From Octopus bimaculoides (Eukaryota): a stretch of 52,581 nt of DNA. The notes under the pieces were generated by a model, which saw only the letters and a list, made by a program, of their open reading frames with translations, was not told the DNA's origin and ran no database searches. The position numbers and the translations under genes were made by a program. Below are positions 13,389-25,014 of this stretch, one piece after another (the stretch's first letter is position 1; every line of letters begins with the position of its first letter). The stretch lies in the NCBI RefSeq assembly GCF_001194135.2, contig NC_068994.1:23901358-23953938 (forward strand), written 5' to 3'.

Positions 13389-14046
13389 TATATTTTTAAT
13401 AAAGCATATTATTAATATGCTGTTGAATTAGGGTAAGTTTAACGTATACTATTAATTTTCTCAATCAGCTTTAACTAACTTGCTTTCTGCTTTCTTTGCT
13501 TTTCCCTTTTAGTTGCTTTCTTTTTCTTTTTAGTTAATTATTTAATCAGGTTAGTTCATTAATGTGTTATATGCTTCAGATATGTGCATCTAAATTTATT
13601 GAGGCAGGAATATAGTCATTTTGGGTTGTGTCTCTATGGGCAGACCTGAAGGCATGTAGTAGGGCTGTCCAGAAAAGGCATTGGTTATAGGTGCTTATAT
13701 TCTAAATTTACTTTTTAAATTTCAAAATTAATTAAAAGGGATTTTTAATAAATCAAATTTATATTAATGAAATGTAGGTAATTTTAACTTGTGTATATCT
13801 GATATGCTTTTATAATTACTGGTGTATTAGATAATTATTGATAGATCTAGATTAGCACCAGTCAGTGATATTATTTCCAACTCAAAATCTAGGTTACTTA
13901 AGGAGAGCCTGGTAACTGATGGTTTTGGGGGTCTTGCTGTTTGTAACTTTTGGTGAACCATGGTGCAACCAAAATGATGATAAAAATTCCCTGCCATTAA
14001 TTTGGTGTGGATGGGTAATATCAAATAATTCAATCACAACATATAC

Positions 14047-14235
14047 TCTTTTACTCTTTTACTAGTTTCAGTTATTTGACTGCGGCCATGCTGGAGAACC
14101 GCCTTTAGTCGACCCCAGGACTTATTCTTTGTAAGCCTAGTACTTAGTTTATCGGTCTCTTTTGCCGAACCGCTAAGTTACGGGGACGTAAATACACCAG
14201 CATCGGTTGTCAAGTGATGTTGGGGGACAAACACA
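14047..14235 (-). mobile_element. SINE 3' tail segment
   Basis: TTTGACTGCGGCCATGCTGGAG...GTAAGCCTAGTACTT...GGGGGACAAACACA is the reverse complement of 48655-48866. Confidence 0.8.
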
Positions 14236-15737
14236 AGGGTTAGTAGCAGTTCACTGTGATCCGTTGATATAGAGCGTTGAGTCTCGTGTAATGGTAATAA
14301 TAATTCGTCGTGTATATACTTTCTTTCCCCACTGCTTCGTTATATTATATATCCAACATACAAGGATATAAAAGTGATGACGCAGATGAGATCCCATGGA
14401 AGTAGTGTAGGACACGTTTGAGGTACCAACACCGAAGCAATTTGAAACTACATATACCAGATAACGGAAAAGAACGGAAATACTGGAATTGAACCCTAAG
14501 CGTAAGAGATTGTAAAACTCGGAGCGTCACAGGAAGAACCCAGGAATATACCGACAAATGTAGCAACGTGCAGGCAATGACAGAAGCCCCAACCCTTGAC
14601 CTGATCTGTAAGGTGTACATTTATTAACAATATGCATTCATATTTTACATTAACACTATATGCTACCAATTCAAGCTTCCGACGGAATTTCAATATTTTC
14701 CAATCACCTCCCAAATCTCTCTCAAATCATTCCTTATAGTTTTAGAAACAGCTCCGTCAGATAATTTTGTCCTACATTCCCTACACAAAAGTAAAACACA
14801 AGATGATGCGGCTGGATTGCCTTTCGTGATAGGTGCATTCGATCAGAAATGACCTGGGGTTAAATGATACTTGCTTTACATTATAAATGTGGGCATTCAT
14901 GTAAAATTTCATATGTAAAACACAATTGTATTTATATGACGAAATTCTTCCATTTATATTTCCTGATTTTACTCCCTTAATTATTTATGAAAGATTTTCA
15001 TTTAGTTACAACTATTGTTTACATTGGAATATTTCATCATTCGAGTATTCTCACAGAGGGAAACCTAGAATATGGACATTCTAAAGATATTCTAGTTAAA
15101 TTATAAACTAATTGCAGCAGACATTTTAGTAAAGAGCTAATATATTTAAAAGTGACGCCATCTTCAGTTACCTAGCTGCAAATTTTTATTTATATGCACT
15201 ACACTTAATCACTTCACGCATGTATTCTCTTTCTATATACATCGATAGTGCATACACTCACAAACGGTCTGTATAAACATACAACGCAAATATATGTACT
15301 TATGTACCTAGATCCAATACACACACACGTGCATACCTTCCAGGCACATACTTTACATATGTATATATCATATATATATATATATATANNNNNNNNNNNN
15401 NNNNNNNNNNNNNNNNNNNNNNNNNNNNNNNNNNNNNNNNNNNNNNNNNNNNNNNNNNNNNNNNNNNNNNNNNNNNNNNNNNNNNNNNNNNNNNNNNNNN
15501 NNNNNNNNNNNNNNNNNNNNNNNNNNNNNNNNNNNNNNNNNNNNNNNNNNNNNNNNNNNNNNNNNNNNNNNNNNNNNNNNNNNNNNNNNNNNNNNNNNNN
15601 NNNNNNNNNNNNNNNNNNNNNNNNNNNNNNNNNNNNNNNNNNNNNNNNNNNNNNNNNNNNNNNNNNNNNNNNNNNNNNNNNNNNNNNNNNNNNNNNNNNN
15701 NNNNNNNNNNNNNNNNNNNNNNNNNNNNNNNNNNNNN

Positions 15738-15796
<59 letters not shown>

Positions 15797-15927
15797 AAAC
15801 ATAAAGAACATGGATATGAAATCTGGGCAGGTACTTTATGAGCACTTTGATATAATGCAAATGTGGCTAACCCCATCGAATGGCAGGGAACAATTCAGAA
15901 TCGTTTAAGATAAACAATTACGCAGTA

Positions 15928-17160
15928 TACAGACATAACAGAAGTAAATAGACACCCCATAAAACATCGTTTTATGCTCATTCTAACTTGTAACAGTTTA
16001 CATATTTTATTAATTGACATTTTTATGTTTCAGGTTCTATATGTGACTGTTTAATCATGCCATGTACAAAAGAAGCCTTGGAATTCTCTGAATTTCAAAG
16101 AGGCTGTATTGTGGGTCATTCTGAAGGTGGTCATTGCATAAAATCATACAAAACCTTGGGATCCCGCTTTCTACAGTTAATAGAGTGATTGTGCAATTCA
16201 CCAGAGAGGGCAAGGAGTTCACATCGCCTCACCCGGATCAACCAGAGCCCTCTGACAGGATCCTTCTCTTTGTTAAGAGAAGTGTGGAGGATAATCCACG
16301 TTGCAAGCCCTCTGACATAGCAGAACAAGGTGATGCTAGTCCCAGAACAGCCGTCAGGCATCTCCATAAACTTAGTTATTATGGCAGAGCAGCAAGATGG
16401 AAGCCACTTCTTCGACCAGTCAACATCAAGCGGAGAAAAGATTGGACCAGTGAGATGGTGGAGAGGCCACTAGAAATTTGGGACACCGTCATATTCTCTG
16501 ATGACTCCAGATTTTCTCTATTTCCTGATAGTGGTCGTATGTGGGTCAGGAGACTCTGTGATGAAGAATTTGATATGAAAAGATTGCAGCCAACAATAAA
16601 ACACGGCAGCTATGCTGTGATGGTCTGGGGGGCAATTTGGAGCAATGGCTGATCAGAGCTGGTGGAATGTGAGGGCAATATAAACCCAGATAACTATGTG
16701 TCCATATTGCAGAAAGAATTACTTCCAATTTTCTCCACTGGTGAAATGATTAAAGGTGACATTTTATTTATGGAAGATGGCTAAAATGACCCAAGATTTG
16801 TTGGATGAGAATCGCATGAGAAAGCTTCCATGGCCAAGCCAGTCACCAGATATAAACCCTATTGAACACCTCCGGGACATAATGGACAGGATACTTCATA
16901 AAAAGAATACGAAAGCATCTTTAAAGCTAGATCTTTTGAGACTACTGCATGAAACATGGCCAGGAAATCCGCAAGAGAATATTCGTCATCTAATCAGTAA
17001 CATGTCTAATAGGATCCTTGCATTGAAAAATGCAAAGGGCATGTCCACTAAGTATTAAATATTCACCTTATAACAATTAATAAATAATTTGAATGTATAC
17101 TTTCAAATAAAAAATAATTAATGTTTATAAGGGTGTCTATTTACTTCTGTTATGTCTGTG
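15928..17160 (+). mobile_element. Full-length Tc1-family transposon (1233 bp)
   Basis: About 40-bp TIRs (T/C)ACAGACATAACAGAAGTAAATAGACACCC, with TA target duplication at 15926-15927 and 17161-17162. Confidence 0.95.
16057..17058 (+). pseudogene. Tc1 DD34E transposase pseudogene
   Basis: Motifs [46 protein letters not shown]. Frameshift near 16130 and stop at 16650. The second D to E spacing is 88 nt instead of 105, i.e. a 17-nt deletion. Confidence 0.93.
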
Positions 17161-18129
17161 TACTTCACTCGAAATGTAAAAGCTGAGTTGGCTCTTACAT
17201 TTCGACATCATAATGAGGAATGGAGAATTGTAATGCTTCAAAATATATTTATTAAAGTATTTTACTCATATTTCATTGCAACACATGTTTCTGCTGGATA
17301 AAGATCCTCGTGTTCTCTAATGTAGTAATGTGCATTTAGTTGATTTATATTAAATCAATTGCAATACACATTCATTTAAAGTTTGACATGCAACTTTACT
17401 TGACGTGTCACCCATAGACGTAGTTGAAGCAAACTGAAGATTCAAGAATAAGTTATGCGTTCTTCAAAGTATTTCCTTGGTTGAAGCTTTGCGTTCTTAA
17501 AAGTATTTTCTTAATGAAAGAACATAAAATGTCAGGGTAAAGGACAGTGGAGATAGTGTTAAAATATGACATGTCCTTAGTTCTCGTATCACTTGAGCTT
17601 AGAATGACCTTTTTAGATATTGAGGGTACAGATTACCTTATTAAACTTATTAGTAGAAAGAATTTTAAGTAGGTCAGAATGTATTCACACTACTGTGTTA
17701 AAAGTATCAAAGGTAATATAAGATAAGGTAAATGTAGAGATTTAAAAAAAATCGAAGCAAAGAATAAGTTAATATTATTTCATTTGGATAATTGAAGATG
17801 TGTAATTCTCCATTCCCCTTTATAATGTCCCAATAATATACTCCATATACTGCAAGCAATCTAATGAAGCAAACTCAGGATTTACCTATCGAGTGAAGTA
17901 CTGTTTAATCGTTTATTTTAAATGATGTCGAATTCTCCATCCATCATTATGATGAATTAATTATACATACATACACAACAGGTGCACGAGCATACACACA
18001 CAAACTCATACGCATAGACACACACAAACACGCACACACACAGACACATCAATACGCAGAAGAATACATACACACAGACATACAAACATATATACATACA
18101 TACATACAGACAGACAGACAAACAGAAAA

Positions 18130-19135
18130 TTGTAAGCCAGACTAGCAACATCTCCATCAATGACCTGACTGCTTCCCCTATATCTGATAAGGAATGTTAC
18201 AGGTATCTAAGGGTAGATGAAAACCTGCCTGTAACAAAACACGTGTCGCTAAAAAATATTATAGTCGAATAAAGAAAATTTGGACCTCGGTACTCGCTGC
18301 ATTCAATAAAACAATAGCCCACAAATGTGTTTGCAGTGCCAGTACTCATACCAACATTTAGGCTTCTTAATTGGACGCTTCATGAGATCCGAGCCATTTA
18401 TGTGAAAACCAGCACACATAATTTCCGCATCAGTAGTGATGTAGACCGCCTCTATCTTAAACGAAAACAAGGCAGAAGAGGCTTAACATCGATCCAGACT
18501 GCTTCTGAATGTCGTATCGCCCTTCGGCAACATCTATTAACGACCAAGTGTCGAAGTGCATCCCTTGACCAAGTTTGCATACATAAGGCTGATAACATCA
18601 GAAGACTTGGAAAGCAGTTCTTTGAGCAGCATTCCTAGTGTGATAACCTTAAATACACGCCCAAAGAAGTCTTACGACTTTGCCGCAATGTATCATCAAA
18701 TGAATGGATGAACGTATACCGGCAGAAGACCATGCAGGGATATGTTAGTAGAAAGCTCTGAGATGACAATAACATCGATTATCAAAGCAGTCTATCATGG
18801 GCCAAACACCGGATTACTACCTCCAATTTTGAAGCGTATGCGTTTGCAATCCAGGAACAGGAAATATCAACCAAACACCTGATGCACAACAGGGACAGAG
18901 ATGCAGGAAAAGCAGCAAAATGTGACAACCAATGCAGACTTTCCGTAGTTAAAACTGAAGATATCACCCGCATAATAATCAGTTGTCCGAAAATGTCATC
19001 ACAATATTAACTACCAATGAGACATGATGTTGTAGCTAGGATACTGTATAACTAGATCCGTCGGAAGGATAACCCAGAAGACAAAGAAATAAGAAACCAC
19101 AGCATGAGAAATAAGAAATAAGAACCCACAGCCAG
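18130..19135 (+). mobile_element. R4/Dong-like (restriction-like endonuclease) non-LTR retrotransposon fragment
   Basis: YRYLRVDEN (YKYLG-like), VDRLYLKRKQGRRGL, FAIQEQEISTK, and a degenerate CCHC knuckle CRLSVVKTEDITRIIISCPKM followed by RHDVVAR. Confidence 0.85.
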
Positions 19136-19839
19136 AGTCAGCTGTTGATGTTGACGATCCACAGCTATCTACATCCGCGTTGTAAACCGTGTTGTAAATT
19201 GTATGTACGTATTGGCAAATTTAAAACAAGTAATTTTTTTTTTTTATTATTGCAAAATAATAATAATAATTACTGAATTTGTTTTTTAAGCTTAAAAAAG
19301 GTTTTTATTTTACCATGTTTTATTGCAAACCGCATTCATAAATAAAGCGTCTATGATGTACATTAAACATTGCCAAATTGTTTTCGTAAATTTAGATTTT
19401 TTTTTACAAGAGACAGTAAATTCGGCCAAGCTTAGCCTTGAGAAGAGTTAATTCAACATAAGTCGTGTTTTCTGGAACCAATTAACGACGTAGGGTAAGG
19501 TGTGCCTGTATTTTCGTCTCTTTGTGATTCCTCATAATCCGCCACAGAACTTTCAGTTTATGGCATGACAAATGATGTCACCATAAAGAGATAGCTGTAC
19601 ATCATTGGAATATATTGATAAACGCTTGTACAACACGAGTGCCACACTGTAAGTCTCTGTGACTAGTACCTGGTGACAAGCCGAAGTGGGATCACCAGTA
19701 ATCACGCGCAACTTCAGGCTATACATCAGATTGTCCCTCTCATAGAAGAATGCTGTGACAACAGCTAGGCGTTATTTAGCGCCCTGACCCTTTGTGGGTC
19801 CCTACACTCAGATGGACTGTTATCACATATACTAGTTAA

Positions 19840-19987
19840 CCTAGAAGTGGGACGTTGACAGTTGTTACTATTCAAAGTAGACCTGAGAACAATAGTGGCA
19901 AAATGCTGTTCCACATACTTCAAAACCCTGGAACTCCCGAACCATGGTTCCCACTACTGGATGCAGTTTAAAGACATACCCAGGACA
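19840..19987 (-). repeat. Degenerate interspersed repeat (probable SINE-like family)
   Basis: Minus strand begins TGTCCTGGGTATGTCTTTAAACTGCATCCAG. I recognise it from memory as an octopus repeat; no second copy in this window. Confidence 0.35.
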
Positions 19988-20029
19988 TATAATAGACATA
20001 TATTATCGGCGCTTGTTCTAAGTGCTGGA

Positions 20030-20145
20030 TAGAACAAGCATCAGGCTTTAAAATAATAAGTACTAAGGTCGAAATGTTTAACTAAACCTTCAAATACGGT
20101 GCCTCAGTATGGCCGCGGTTCAATGAAGAAACAAATGAAAGATAC
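20030..20145 (+). mobile_element. SINE 3' tail fragment
   Basis: AATAAGTACT..GGTCGA...CGGTGCCTCAGTATGGCCGC..TCAATGA.GAAACAA matches 48770-48866. Confidence 0.65.
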
Positions 20146-21269
20146 AAGATATGTGTGTGTGTGTGTGTGGGGGGGGGGTGCTAGTTAAATTATGCCTCGC
20201 ACTTCTAGTTCCTTGTTTCAGTTCTTTCACATCACTTTAGATAATATATGATTGTCATGATGTTCAATTCATCCTACGTTAAAAAATGCAATGTTTAGTC
20301 TGCTTGTCAACAATCAATATTTCCTTATACTCTTTTCTTAGAAATATGCAGTTTCTTTATTTTGTGATTGTTAGAAACGAATAACTGGGTCTTTCTTGTG
20401 CTAGACTAAATTAGAAAAAAATTAAATATTTCTAGTTTACGCAAGACCAGATTACGGAAAGTACGAAGAAATCAAACCTCTTTTTAAATCAAATATTTCT
20501 ATGAATTAGCATGAAAGAAAATAAAAGGAATAGAAAGCAGAACGTGAAAATGTCAAATGAGAAGTAAAATAAATAAACATAGGTAAAAGAAAATAAAATA
20601 CTGAGAAACTAAAAGAAAGAGCAAAGTAAAAAGACAGAAAAAGAAGGCAAGTATAGGAAGAATCGCTGAAGGATAGTATCTAATTTCTCATAGGTTTCTC
20701 TTGTTTCGTTACAAATATCGATCTGGTAGTCGATCTGACGAGTTTTAGCAAGTAAAATGTAGTAAGACTAGTGTGAAAATATCCTTATTGATACTACTGC
20801 TAACCATATGATAGAAATTGTGCTAGTATCACTATAGTTGCACAGAGCAGCTGATCTGCTAGTTGAACTACCACAAATGCAATTATTTTCACAAGAAACA
20901 TTTGTTTTGCAAGTTAGTGATCGAAATATTTAGTAAAATACTAAGTACTTATGCGTTGTAGATTATACAATATAGTGATAATGCCTTAGGACGCTAACAA
21001 CTTGTAACAAATATACAATTTTCAAGGATCATAAAGTAACATAAAAGTGGTACTAACAGTAGAGTACTATTTTACATTCTTTGTGATATTTAGTTTCGTC
21101 TCTTAACGTTCTAATTTAAGATCCGATTGTTGAATTTGCTTTTTATACTCTTGGGCTTTGCTAAACTAAGTACCATATAGGTCAATTGCAATAAACAATA
21201 AATTTGTGGCTTTCTGCCAAAATTAGGAATCAATATTCTAATTTGAAGAACTGTAGTTGCTAGAATCGA

Positions 21270-21390
21270 TAGAACACTAGACAAAATGCCATTCAGTATT
21301 TAGCTTTGTTCTACAATGTTCTGAGTTCAAATCCTATGGGGTCAGCTCCATTTTTCATCTCTCTAGAATTGATAATATAGTTGCCTTTAT
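21270..21390 (+). mobile_element. Degenerate tRNA-derived SINE
   Basis: GACAAAATGC...GTTCTGAGTTCAAATCC...GGGGTCAGCT...TTTCATC, homologous to the 41615 copy. Confidence 0.5.
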
Positions 21391-21879
21391 TTACTGGTAG
21401 TCGCTTCATTCAACTACAGCCTTTCCCTGTAAATGTGCGACCACGAGGCAATGTAACAAATTGATATTATAAACGATTAGGTATTTTGTCGTCATGGTGA
21501 CAATTTAATAGCATGTAGCAAATTGCCTGCTACCGTTTGAAAATCGGCCTTCCATTTTATGAGAGCTAGCTCGAGGATAATCTATTGTCCTTCTTGAATA
21601 ATTCGTGAATCACCTTGTGTCGGTATATAATTTTGCTATGATGATACCCGTACTCATATAAACAAATGTCACTCGGTAAGAGAGAAAATGGCGATAATTA
21701 TATATCATAGAATAGAGAGAAAAAATAAAAGAGGAAGGGAGAGAGAAAGAGGGGAAAAAGGAGAAGGGGAGAGAAAGAGAGAAAAAGACAAATGACAGAG
21801 AGCAAAGCAAGAAAACATAAGACAAATATGGGAAGAATCGCTGAATTATGTATAATTTCAGCAACGAATTTATTAAATA

Positions 21880-23075
21880 CAAGGCGTCTCAAAAGTCACT
21901 ATTTCAGTGAGATTCGATTTTTTTAAACAATATAATACTGTTATAAGGATAAGCATCACTAATGCAAATTTGCGTTTTTGCATAATGTTAATTGGTGTAT
22001 GTTGTAATTTTGTTTTTATTTTTCAGGCCCAAATAACTAATGATGAATATGAAAGAACGGGTGTTTACGGTAACATGGAAGATAATGAGCCTGAAATACA
22101 AAGTAAATTTGAGACGAAGTTTCACACGAGAGGTCCAACAGACAAATTAATTATTCGTGAGCTGTGAATAAAATTTCAGAAAACTGTATCTGCGCATGAT
22201 GATATCAGAGCTGGATGTCCAAGAAAATCTGGAGGAAAAACTGAACAGGATCCACAATTATCAACTCGAGAGCCGTTAGAAATTCCATGTGCACCAATCC
22301 ACAGAATCTTACGAAGTGATCTGAGCAAAAATAAATTTTCGCGATATACACAAGGATTATCAACGCAGATCAGCGATATGCGCTGAGCTTATTGATCAAA
22401 TTGAAAGTGCCGATTTAATCAACAAAGGTCTGTTCAGTGATGAAGTAACCTTACACGCATGTGGAAAGGTTAATCGTCATCACTGTTACATTTGGAAAAG
22501 CGAAAAGCCGACTGAATTTCTTGAATGGTGACGAGATACCCCGAAAGTGGATATCTGGCGTGGTATTACTAAGTCAAAGGTGTATGGACCTTTCTTCTTT
22601 ACAGGGACTACGGTCACGGGAACTGTGTGTCTTGAAATATTTCAAAACTTCTTGAGCCTCATCTTCTTACAGATGGCATTCTTAACAGTAATTTTTCAAC
22701 AGGATGGAAAACCGTACCATTATGCAAAGATCGTACATATTTACCTTGACAGACACTTCCCTCATCACCGGACTGTTCGTGCAGAAGCATAACCATGGGC
22801 ATAATACACACCCGATTTGGCACAATTAGATATTTTCGCTTGGAGGTTCATTAAATCTATGGTGTACACCAATAGAAGAATTAGAGAGATATAGCAGAAC
22901 TTCGAAATCTTATTACTGATGTAGATCAAAACGTTGAAAATGCTGGAAAGTGTGTTCCAGGAAGCAATTTATTGTTTTGTTCACCATGTGGAGTACTATG
23001 TTTTGCAGCATATGCTTTACAACAAATATAATATTCAAATTTAAACTAGTTTTTCTTGATTTTTTAGACATCCTG
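21880..23075 (+). mobile_element. Full-length degenerate DD41D (rosa/VS-type) Tc1/mariner-superfamily element
   Basis: TA-flanked imperfect TIRs CAAGGCGTCTCAAAAGTCA / reverse complement CAGGATGTCTAAAAAAATCA. Motifs FSDE, VYGPFFF, FQQDG, TPDLAQLD. The second D (22703) and third D (22829) are 126 nt apart, leaving 41 residues between. Confidence 0.85.
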
Positions 23076-24426
23076 TATTTATCTATTTAATTAAAAGAAT
23101 TCCGTATAGAACTATTTTTTAACAATATCAATTGAAACAAACATAATATCACGCTGACTCGATTAAAAAAATAAGCATTATAATGTAGAAGAGGGCATAC
23201 AAACTTACAATATTTTACATCCAAAGGTCTAAAGATACTAAAAAGAAAACAAAATAGAAAGACACTTTGATGAATTTGAAAATGTAAAATGCAAAATGTG
23301 AATTGAAGAGGTTTTCATGAATTATAGAACTCTTTGGATGGGGTAGGTTACTACATTTCAGGCCGAGAAAAGAATTTAGAACTTAATTCTTGCAATCAAT
23401 AAGCTTCATTTACGAATCCAAACGTATGGTTTGCTCACAAAATGCATTGTTTCATGTCATATTGGATCGGTAAACAGTCTACAAATGAAAAGCATTATTT
23501 CCTTTTCTTATTTTTAGATATGTAACAGCCTCTGAGGGACTGTTCTAATTGCAAAGATAATCTTGGTTAATCGAAGCTTCCAACTTGTTATTCTACATAT
23601 ATGGGATTCTCTTCTATTTATATCATATAGAAGCTGTTGGAACCGCTTTTTCTTCCCCAGTTCTTGTTACCTTATGATAATAATCATGTAATTTAAAATT
23701 GTTCATTGAATTAGAACAGATATATATAATAGATCCATTAAAAGCCAAACAGATATAATTGTGCAGTAAAAAAATCAATATTAGCCAATTACGAAATATA
23801 TTTCATTTTTCTAGCGACCACTAGAAACTATACTAGACACGTTTCTGTCGTATTCTGGACTCTTTAGAGAAATTAGGTTTCCGCGAAAATAGTGATAGAA
23901 TAATCTCTCAGTAAATATCCAAGATTACACTTAGTTTGATATATTAAAATAGAACTGTCTGAGTAAATCATTCAGAAAAGCTATACGCCTGAAAAACAAG
24001 TACTATTTTTCATATGAATGGTATCTCTGATTTCTTTTCTCTTTGAAATTATGATTAATTTTAAAACAATTTTACATATATGATTAAAATTATTATACCA
24101 TATTACTTTCAGAAGTAAATAACAGGATACAACAATTATAAATTTCGGAAAGATATATAATTATCCACATATTATAGCACCGAACGGCTTATTAAAAATT
24201 TTGATTTAATGTATCTATAGCAATTAAAATACTACGTTTTTAAATAACAAATCGCATCGCTGGGGAGGTATTCGATGGAAATACATGGCGGAAAATTCCA
24301 GCAGAACTTTGGTGATACGCTGCTGTACAAGATATGTGGTATAGTTCTATAATTAAGAAATGAGGAATTATGGACATTATTTACATTATTTACATTTGAC
24401 GGATATTTGTCCTCATCTTGTTTGTT

Positions 24427-24472
24427 AACACAACGTTTCGGTTGATATATCCTCCAGCCTTCATCAGGTGTC
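24427..24472 (-). ncRNA. Minimal type I hammerhead ribozyme with intact core
   Basis: GACAC-CTGATGA-A-GGCTG(loop)CAACC-GAA-ACGT-T-GTGTT. Stem I is GACAC/GTGTT, stem III is the palindrome ACGT, and the predicted cleavage triplet is GUU. One extra A lies between core and stem II. Confidence 0.75.
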
Positions 24473-24530
24473 ATGGGGAAATTTCGAACCTGGGTTCTCA
24501 TTCCTAAGGTATTTTTCGATGTTATTATTG

Positions 24531-24570
<40 letters not shown>

Positions 24571-24590
24571 CATTATTATTATTATTATTA

Positions 24591-24660
24591 CATTGCCAGG
24601 AATAGAACTCGGAATCTCGGGGTTAGTAGCCCGCGCTCTTGACCACTACACCATATGCCC
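24591..24660 (-). promoter_or_regulatory. tRNA-like head with Pol III A/B boxes (left arm)
   Basis: Minus strand has TGGTGTAGTGG (A-box), GCGGG-CTACTAA-CCCC (anticodon-like arm) and GAGTTCTATTCC (B-box, one mismatch). Confidence 0.7.
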
Positions 24661-24662
24661 GT

Positions 24663-24726
24663 GGGCGTAGTGGTTAAGAGCGCTGGCTACTAGCCCCAAG
24701 ATTCCCAGTTTGATTCCAGGCAGTGA
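24663..24726 (+). promoter_or_regulatory. tRNA-like head with Pol III A/B boxes (right arm)
   Basis: GGGCGTAGTGGTTAAGAGCGC...CAGTTTGATTCCAGGCAG. The B-box has one mismatch at a different position from the left arm. Confidence 0.7.
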
Positions 24727-24727
24727 T

Positions 24728-24786
<59 letters not shown>

Positions 24787-24787
<1 letters not shown>

Positions 24788-24910
24788 CCGCTCGAACACT
24801 CCGGAAGGTACTCGAAAAATAAGAGGCGTTGCCTTAGTTCACTGATAGTGAACAGCTGACATTGTAATACATCTCCAGCGTTAGAAGCTGTGCAAAGGCA
24901 ATACTACTAA
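24787..24910 (+). mobile_element. Short 5'-truncated R4/Dong-like 3' end inserted in an (AAT)n tract
   Basis: Encodes TARTLRKVLEK*, the conserved GTARILRKVL C-terminus, then a 3' UTR and (AAT)n. Absent from the left arm. Confidence 0.65.
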
Positions 24911-24968
24911 TAATAATAACATTGAAAAATACCTTAGGAATGAGAACCCAGGTTCGAAATTTCCTCAA

Positions 24969-25014
24969 GGCATCTGATGAAGACTGGAGGGTATATCAGC
25001 CGAAAGATTGTGTT
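24969..25014 (+). ncRNA. Degenerate hammerhead ribozyme (right arm)
   Basis: GGCAT-CTGATGA-A-GACTG..CAGCC-GAA-AGAT-T-GTGTT; stem III has changed from ACGT to AGAT. Confidence 0.6.

Noticed and set aside
17169-17320. 11-bp hairpin TCGAAATGTAA/TTACATTTCGA and a nearby minus-strand GAAACATGT hammerhead-like remnant
   Set aside because: No CUGANGA core; at best a decayed PLE tail.
24591-24726. Functional tRNA genes
   Set aside because: No acceptor stem closes and both B-boxes are mutated; these are SINE-type heads.
24870-24910. Apparent circular permutation of the R4 C-terminus (VQKAILL-like peptide after the stop)
   Set aside because: It needs a frameshift, and the sequence is more simply the 3' UTR grading into the AAT tail.
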